Shown: positions 9,071 through 15,013 of the stretch, piece by piece
Position numbering within the stretch: position 1 is the first letter of the stretch
Layout of the letters: every line of letters begins with the position of its first letter
From: Fonticula alba ATCC 38817
Lineage: Eukaryota > Protista > Nucleariida
NCBI GenBank assembly: GCA_000388065.2
Contig: KB932214.1
Strand: one strand, 5' to 3'
Length of the DNA: 15,013 nt
Notes under the pieces: model-generated
Told to the model about the DNA's origin: nothing
What the model saw: only the letters and a program-made list of their open reading frames with translations
Database searches by the model: none
Position numbers and translations under genes: made by a program

Positions 9071-9248
9071 CTACCATCACCAGTCGTTGATGTACCAGCA
9101 GCAATTGGCCGCGGCCGGCATTGCCCCGATGCCGGGCGCCTCTTCACACTTGAGCCACGCGCAGATGTACCAGAGTTCGTATGCCGCTGGTGGCGGCTCG
9201 ACCGGCCCCGGGGCCGGCTCGCCCTCGTCCTTCCCCTCGGCGAACTAG
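6804..9248 (+). CDS. GPR137: GPR137/TM7SF1-family seven-transmembrane protein, ~681 aa (exons 6804-6891 and 7291-9248; alternative start ATG 7353)
   Basis: Seven hydrophobic segments at ~7437-8368. LTILLTVLYSAVLCVVVVQLARLVWNRHKLASFQSVFLMLCLAWSALRT closely follows the GPR137B TM1-TM2 as I recall it (VQL..RHK..SxQSVFLxLCLxWxxLRT). GSSV..RAxY at TM6 and ExxP..FFR at TM7 also match. The intron 6892-7290 joins phase 1/1. TAG at 9246-9248. Exon 1 is less certain because the intron spans the gap. Confidence 0.88.
6911..6949. repeat. Minisatellite (CCTTCCCTCCGTTG)x2.8 running into the N gap
   Basis: Units at 6911-6924 and 6925-6938, and a partial unit at 6939-6949. Confidence 0.9.
6950..7255. other. 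Assembly gap (306 N)
   Basis: N run. Confidence 1.
8136..8180 (+). repeat. (GGC)15 encoding Gly15 in the TM6-TM7 loop
   Basis: Read directly, in frame. Confidence 0.97.
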
Positions 9249-9318
9249 CGCGCCGGCGCGCGTGTGCCCGCATTTGTCTTCGGGGCCCGCCCGCGCGGCT
9301 GCTCCCCTTGCCCTTGTC

Positions 9319-9355
9319 CGTGCGCGCGCGCGCGCGTGTGTGCGTGTGTGCGCGC
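9319..9355. repeat. 37-nt perfect purine/pyrimidine alternation (CG/TG), potential Z-DNA, downstream of the stop of gene 2
   Basis: Read directly. Confidence 0.88.
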
Positions 9356-11340
9356 TGGACACTGAGCGGAGCAGGGGGGCGTGTGGAGATGTTGTTGGCG
9401 GGCATGCGCGCAGACTTTCCCTGCACCCTCCACCCCCCTGGCGCTGGCTGCGTGACATTCGCATGTGTCCGGCGGTCTGCTCTCCCTCCTCTCTTCTCCC
9501 TCCCCCTCCCCCCCTCTCTCTCTTCCTATTTAATTTCGCGCCTGTGCGCGTGCGCGCACACCCTGTCCTTGATATCGATGCCTTGGGCGTCCCCCTTCCT
9601 CCTCTCTCCGCCTGCGCATGCGTGTCTGTGTGCCTGGCATGTGTGCATGCGCGGCCTCAGTGGTGGTGGTGCTGGTGGTGGCGAGAGGGGGGACCCACAG
9701 GAGACGCCTTCCCCCCCTTCCCTTGCAGTGATTGCCTGTCCCCGGCCGCCGGTCCCCCTCCCCTCCCTTCTCTGCCGAGGGGCGCGAAGGGGGGGGGGAG
9801 GGCGAGGCCAGGGGACGGGAGCGGGCACCTCTCTTCCTCCCCCATCTGTGTCCGTTCACCACCCGCCCAATACATGATTTTCCTTTGAGAACAGGAGAGG
9901 GCCGCAGTCGGTGTCCCTTCCCCGGGCGGGGCCGGGGCCGGGGCGAGGGGCCGGGCAGGCCAGCATGGGCAGTCTTCAGGGGCAGAATGGGGAGTGCCCC
10001 GGGAAGTTAATCGATCTCAAACTGGCGCGAGGAAACGCTATTCCTCCGGGGACTGGGTTGGCAGTCCAAATGTCCCTCTTTCCAGCGGGAAAGTCATGCT
10101 ACGGCGCCGAAAATGTCGGCGGCCCCCGGTCGCCCGGGCGCGCTCGGGGGCGCGTGTGTCTGCGTGTGCATCGGGCGAGCCCTGCACGCCGGCCACGCAT
10201 GTGTGGTGTGCGTGTGTGTCGTGCGCGTGTGTCCCCTTTCTGCGTCTGTCGCGGGGGGTGGCGGGGCCGATTGTTTTAGTGGGCCGAGAGGGGCGTGTGC
10301 CATCTCCCTCGTTGTTTCTGTGTGCGGGCGCGCGTCGGGGGCCCCTCCCACCGGGGGGGGGGGGGCAGAACGCGATGATGCACGGTCCGGCGGCGAGGGG
10401 CCGCCACCGAAGGTAAGACGCACGGCACGGCCCTGCCCCGGGCATTTCCGAGGGGAGAAATGTCTGCTCGGCTGTGGGCTGGCGTGGGAGCTCCGTCACC
10501 ATGCTGGAGGCGCCTCTCGCGTGTGGGGGTGCGGCGAGGCGCGGGGGGGGGGGGGGGGATGTACACGCGCGGGTGTACACGGACGCGGCTGTTTTCGGCT
10601 CGGCGTGCCGGGCGAGCACCCGCCTCTTTCGAGGGAGATCTATCCCGGGATCTGTCCATGCGCTGCCCGGGCTGCAGGGGGGGGGGGCCGGGTTGTGCCC
10701 TCTGTGGACTAATGGGCGAGCTCGCCCCGGGGGTGGTATTATTGTTGTCTTCCTCCATTTGTTGTGGGTCTGGACTCGAGCGGCCCTCCGGGCCGAGGTG
10801 CCTCCATGGGGCGTTCGGGGGGGAGGGGGGGCATCCCCAAGTGCCTGGCGCATTCCCTCTGTCGGTGTGTCTGTGTCTTGTCGGTGTGTCTGTCCCTCTC
10901 CTTCTTTCTCTCGCTCCCTCTCGCTGTCTTTCTCTCACACATTCGCGCTCGCATTCGCACTGGCTCACGCGGCTGCCGCGCCGCTTGTTGGAGGGCACCC
11001 CTTTTGCTGGGGTCCCCTCCTGCCGAGACTGCCACCGCCTCGATCCCAAGGGAGCTGGCGGTGTCCCGAGACACGGCTCGCTCACTTCGGCGACCGGCGG
11101 AGGAGGGAAATATTCCGAGCCCAGCCGCTCGGCGTGCCGGGCGAATGTGCGCTCTCCTGGCCTGGCCGGCCGGAGCAGGTAGCATGCATCCCCCGGGGCA
11201 TCGGCCGGCACCTTCGCCCCGGGTGCGACAGTCGCCGCAGCCGGCGTGCCCGGACGACGGCCCCACCCCCCTGCCGGAGGCGTTCGGCCGCGTCATAAGG
11301 TGGTCCGGTGCCGGCTGGGCAGATGGGCCGCGGCCAATCT

Positions 11341-11370
11341 CTCCTCCCTCCCTCCCCTCCCTCCCCTCCC

Positions 11371-11414
<44 letters not shown>

Positions 11415-11432
11415 GCGCGCGCGCGCGCGCGC
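11341..11432. repeat. Compound microsatellite: C/T tract and (CT)n, then CTATCT, then (CG)9
   Basis: Read directly. Confidence 0.95.
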
Positions 11433-12342
11433 CAGTCTTGCTGCTTCGCCTCCTTGCCGCGCTGTGACTTTCCTTTTCTCGTTCTGCCGCTCTCTTGCAC
11501 ACCTGCCTTCCTCCGCCACCAGGCCCCGGGTGCCGTGTGCTGCTCGGTGTGCGTATCCTGGTGTGTGTGTGTGTCCGCGCGCGGCACGCACAAGTAGCAC
11601 TGTGATCTCGATTGCCCCGGCCCGGCGCCGCGCCACCATGGCACGCGGCCCCCCTCGCGCGCTGCCTACACGCAGGTACGGCTTGTCCAGGGATCCCTCT
11701 GCCGCTCTTTCGCCCTGGCCCTGTGGCGTCGCCGCCGCAGCCGCCGTCGCCGCTTCCTCTTTGGCCGCAGCGTCCCCGGGCCACCTTTCCAGCAAGTGCA
11801 TGTCCCCCCCCCCTCCCGCGCCCTTCTCCTCCGCTGCCCTGCCCTCTGTCGGGCCTGCCGCGGCGCGCCCGCCCGAGATGTGCCCCCCCCCCCCCCGTTG
11901 GGTCTTCACCGACCCGCGCCGGGCGTAGTCGCCGCGGCCGCTGCGCGTTCCCCATGGCTGGCGCGAGGCGTGAGGGTGGGGGGAAAAGCGAACAAGCAAG
12001 AAGCAGCACCACCCCGGCGGGGTGGTGGTCGAAAGAGCACAAGGGCCGAAAAAAGGGGCTTTGTTTTTTCTTTCGGAAGTACACGTCTCCTCCCGTGCGA
12101 GCGCGCCGCATGGCAAAGCGCCGCAGGGGCAGGGGGGGGGAAGGGAAAAAGGGGGTAAAAAACTAGGGGAGCGCGTGGGGCTGCGCGGCGCCCCCGCTCG
12201 GGGAGAGTGATGAACTGGTTTCCCCCCGCGGCGGAAGTCGCACGCTCTCTCTCTCTCTCTTTCGCTCTCGGACATCCGCTCGCTCGCATGCAGACAAAGG
12301 CATGCCTTCTTGGCATGAGGGTCCTGCCTCCGGCGGCGACCG

Positions 12343-12350
<8 letters not shown>

Positions 12351-12395
<45 letters not shown>

Positions 12396-12402
12396 CTCTC
12401 TC
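12351..12402. repeat. Compound microsatellite (TC)15-(GC)8-(TC)3 immediately after the stop codon of the dioxygenase gene
   Basis: Read directly. Confidence 0.95.
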
Positions 12403-13239
12403 TTACTCCGGGGCCAGGATGACCTTCGGCAGCTTGGGCCAGTTCCACACGCGGAAGATGTCGTGCTCGGTGGGGACGATGGCGCCGTTGGGCCGGAGCG
12501 GCAGGTTGACATGGCCGAGCTCCTCCATGATCTGGGTGAGGGTGACGCCGGTGGGGTTGGAGGCGGTGCCCATGAGGCGGTCGTACCCGACGGCGGTGTA
12601 CACGGCCGGGGTGAGCCAGGTGTTGGAGTAGAACCGGTCGAGGGAGGCGCGGCCGGCCACGAAGGGCAGGAAGCCGGTGGAGCTGAGCAGCGACACGCCG
12701 TCCGAGTCGGCGGAGTCCATGCCCAGCATGCCGATGGCCAGGTCCACCTGCTCGATCTGCCAGTCGTAGAGCTCGGCCATGCGGGCGGCGGTGACCGGGT
12801 CCTGGGCCATGTAGGCGAAGGTGGGGGCGGCCAGCTCCGGCAGGCCGCACCGGCGGTAGTACTCATTGGCGCGGGGGACGGCGCGCTCGCGATCGCGGAC
12901 GATGTCCACCACGCCGAGGTCGATGAAGGGGGCCACATAGCAGGTGCCCTGCTGGGCGTACTGGTAGGCGGGCCCGGCCGGGCCGAGGGGGTGGTAGGGG
13001 GTGCGCTGCTGGAAGACCACGTCCGAGTGGGTGAGTCGGCGGATGCCGGCCGGGTGGTTGTTGAGGGACATGTGCCCGGCGACCTCGGTGGCCAGGCCGC
13101 GGAGGATGGCCCCGACGCCGCGGTCGCGGAGGATCTGCGAGTTGTGGTAGGTGTGGAAGTAGTCGATGCGCTCGCCGACCTTGAACCCGGCGATGTCCAG
13201 GGGCTGGAAGGAGGCGGGCATCATGGAGTGGAGCCGGTA

Positions 13240-13273
<34 letters not shown>

Positions 13274-14955
13274 GTTAGGAGCCTGGCGGTGGGGTGACCT
13301 GGTGTGCCAGCGGCGTCGGCGGCATTGTCCGTGTGTGTGTGTGTGTGGGGGGGGGGGGCCTCGCTCCCTCGCTCCGCCTCTCTACCTCGGTGTTGCGGGA
13401 GATGACTGACACGCGTGGCTCTCTGACTGTCCCCCCCCCCCGCCCCCCCACGCACCCCCGCAACAGCAACAGCAACACCCCTCGGCAGGACGTACGCGCT
13501 GGTGAAGTCGAAGGGCGTCAGGTGGACGCCGAAGTTCTCGTTGTAGTTGCGCGAGCCGTGGCTGGACCAGATCTGCTCGGCCAGCATCTTCTTGGCCGGG
13601 TCGGTGCTCAGCTGGGAGGACAGCTCGACGGTCTGGATCTTGAACACCTCGGCGGCCAGGATCAGGCGCGCGGTCTGGAAGAGCTCCTCATCGCTCATGG
13701 CCGGGTAGGCCTGGGCCAGGAGCTTGGCCAGGTTGTTGTGCTCCGACACGAAGAGCGCATGGAAGGCCGTCAGGCCGATGTGCTGGTTGCCGCGCGAGTC
13801 GCCGAGCAGCAGCAGCGGCGGGGCCCCCGGGGCCAGGCGCCGGGCGCCGGACTGGCTGGTCGGCTCGTCCGGCGGCAGGCCGGTGGCCGCGTCCACGCGC
13901 AGGCGGCCGCCCTGGAACTCGCGCAGGGACGCCTGCACGGCCTCGGAGCTGCCATACACCTGGGAGGTGTCCAGCCAGGCGGTGGCATGGTTGGTGACCG
14001 TGCCGTCGGCATTGCGCGCGGTGGCCGGGATGTACATGTATGCCTCGGCCCCGGCCCCGGCCCCGGCCCCGGCCCCGGCCCAGGCCTGGCTCGGGAAGTC
14101 CGGGTCATTGTGCGGGATGGGCACGGCAATGACCTCGGACCAGTCGACGCGCGGCTCGAAGAAGTCGTGGATGAAGAAGGTCAGGAAGGCGATGGCCAGG
14201 CCATTGAGCTGGACGCTGTTCGGCTGGAAGACCGACCGCCGGAGCAGGGCATTGGACAGGACCCGGGGGTTGGGCCCGGCGGCCACGGCCCGGTCGATGT
14301 CGGCCGGCATGGTGCGCGTCTTGTCGTGGCGGATGAAGTAGAGCCCGGCCATGCCGGAGTACGACCGGTCCGGGGTGGGGTTGTTGCAGGACCCGTCGGC
14401 GGTGCGGAAGCGCGTCCGGTCATACTGGCCGGGGACCACGCACGGGGCGGCCAGGCGCCGGGCCGGGTCCACCGGCGTGTCGCTGATGGCCACGGCCTGC
14501 ACCACGCGGGCCAGGATCTGCTTGAGGCACACCAGGCGCTGGTTGATGTCGGCGATCTTTTGGCACTGGGTCAGGTGCTTTTCCGGGGCCCGGCATTGGC
14601 CGACGGATTGCTGCCCGGCCAGGCAGATGCCCACGTCGCACTGGCTGGCGTGGGTGACGAAGTCGAAGCCGCACACCGGGCCGGAGGTCTTGCTGCAGCG
14701 CGAGGTCCAGGCGCTGGGGAGCAGCGTGCTGGGGCTGGTGGGCCGGCAGCAGCCGAGCGTGCGCAGGGCCTGGCTGTATTGGGCCCGGGCGCTGTGGTCG
14801 CCGGACTGGATGGCCGCCTGGCGCAGGTCGAAGAGGATGGGGCAGCTGAAGCCGGCCGCCAGGCGGGCATTGTGCAGCAGGGCGGCCAGGGCGGCCAGGG
14901 CGGCCAGGCCGAGCAGGTGCCCGAGTGGGCGGCGCCGGGGGAAGCGGCGGGCCAT
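12403..14955 (-). CDS. Secreted animal-heme-peroxidase-superfamily protein, alpha-dioxygenase/fatty-acid-dioxygenase-like, with an N-terminal Kazal-like domain; 765 aa spliced (exons 14955-13496 and 13240-12403)
   Basis: Signal-peptide-like N-terminus (RRFPRRR..LLGLAALAALAALL..ARLAAG) and start context CCCACCATGG. Family motifs: FRTADGSCNN, PNPRVLSN, FFIHD (distal His), WLDTSQVYG, GDSRGNQ, FVSEHN..A..YP..SDEELFQTAR, spliced FTSAYRLHSMMP (catalytic Tyr plus proximal His), DIVRDRERAVPRANEY, DRFY, FRVW. TAA at 12405-12403. Confidence 0.93.
13241..13495 (-). other. Spliceosomal intron (255 nt) splitting the FTSA|YRLH motif
   Basis: Donor GC|GTACGT, branch CTAAC (13278-13274), (CA)15, acceptor CAG|ATAC. 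The phase-2 join gives AGC GCA TAC CGG CTC CAC = S-A-Y-R-L-H. Confidence 0.93.
14047..14081 (-). repeat. (GGGGCC)5 hexamer repeat encoding a Gly-Ala run
   Basis: The plus strand reads (GGCCCC)5 GGCCC; it translates within WAGAGAGAGAGAEAY. Confidence 0.95.
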
Positions 14956-14974
14956 GGTGGGGGTGATGGCTTGG

Positions 14975-14977
<3 letters not shown>

Positions 14978-15007
<30 letters not shown>
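14978..15007. repeat. G30 homopolymer (C30 on the coding strand of gene 3), 22 nt upstream of its ATG
   Basis: Read directly; the exact length may be unreliable in an assembly. Confidence 0.9.
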
Positions 15008-15008
<1 letters not shown>

Positions 15009-15013
15009 ATGCG

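Noticed and set aside
7266-9104. Long antisense or alternate-frame ORFs (e.g. 7266..9104, 112..795, 2675..3745, 12463..13278, 11082..12938)
   Set aside because: These are shadow ORFs of strongly GC3-biased genes in stop-poor DNA, with no domains or independent signals.
9979-10020. GGCAGAATGG resembling a tRNA D-loop/A box
   Set aside because: No T-loop (GTTCRA), anticodon arm or acceptor stem at suitable spacing.
10085-10095. GGAAAGTC (RNase P/MRP CR-I-like) and reverse TTTCCCGC (E2F-like)
   Set aside because: Short single motifs, with no partner CR-V region found and no nearby gene start.
10375-10418. ATGATG..AAG|GTAAGA, a strong-looking donor
   Set aside because: An isolated short motif expected by chance on this scale, with no convincing downstream exon.
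12401-12406. GTAAGA overlapping the dioxygenase stop (minus strand) as a possible donor extending the CDS
   Set aside because: The protein has already passed the family's terminal F-x-V-W motif, and I found no plausible coding exon downstream; this cannot be fully excluded.

Overview
This is a very GC-rich (roughly 70% by eye) eukaryotic genomic window with spliceosomal introns, many microsatellites and one 306-nt N gap. I see no rRNA, tRNA, CRISPR array, operon or transposase. Three protein-coding genes are supported. (1) + strand, ~229-4509: an SH3-SH3-WW scaffold with Pro/His/Gln low-complexity linkers and a C-terminal helical region; it has two clear introns and an unresolved frame break near 846-871. 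(2) + strand, ~6804-9248: a GPR137/TM7SF1-family 7-TM protein with lysosomal sorting motifs in a long low-complexity tail. (3) - strand, 14955-12403: a secreted animal-heme-peroxidase-superfamily enzyme with the catalytic-Tyr motif of fatty-acid dioxygenases (FTSAYRLH, restored by splicing) and an N-terminal Kazal-like domain. The most interesting points are the Kazal-dioxygenase fusion and its hybrid active site, (CA)n tracts replacing the polypyrimidine tract at 3' splice sites, tandem (T)GCATG/GTTGC arrays in introns, a five-hairpin intergenic cluster and a recurring GATA + (CG)n element. Gene content and intron style would fit a unicellular opisthokont such as Fonticula; that is an unverified inference. 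I cannot support a wholly new multi-gene system from this sequence alone. Most other ORFs in the six-frame track are GC-content artefacts.
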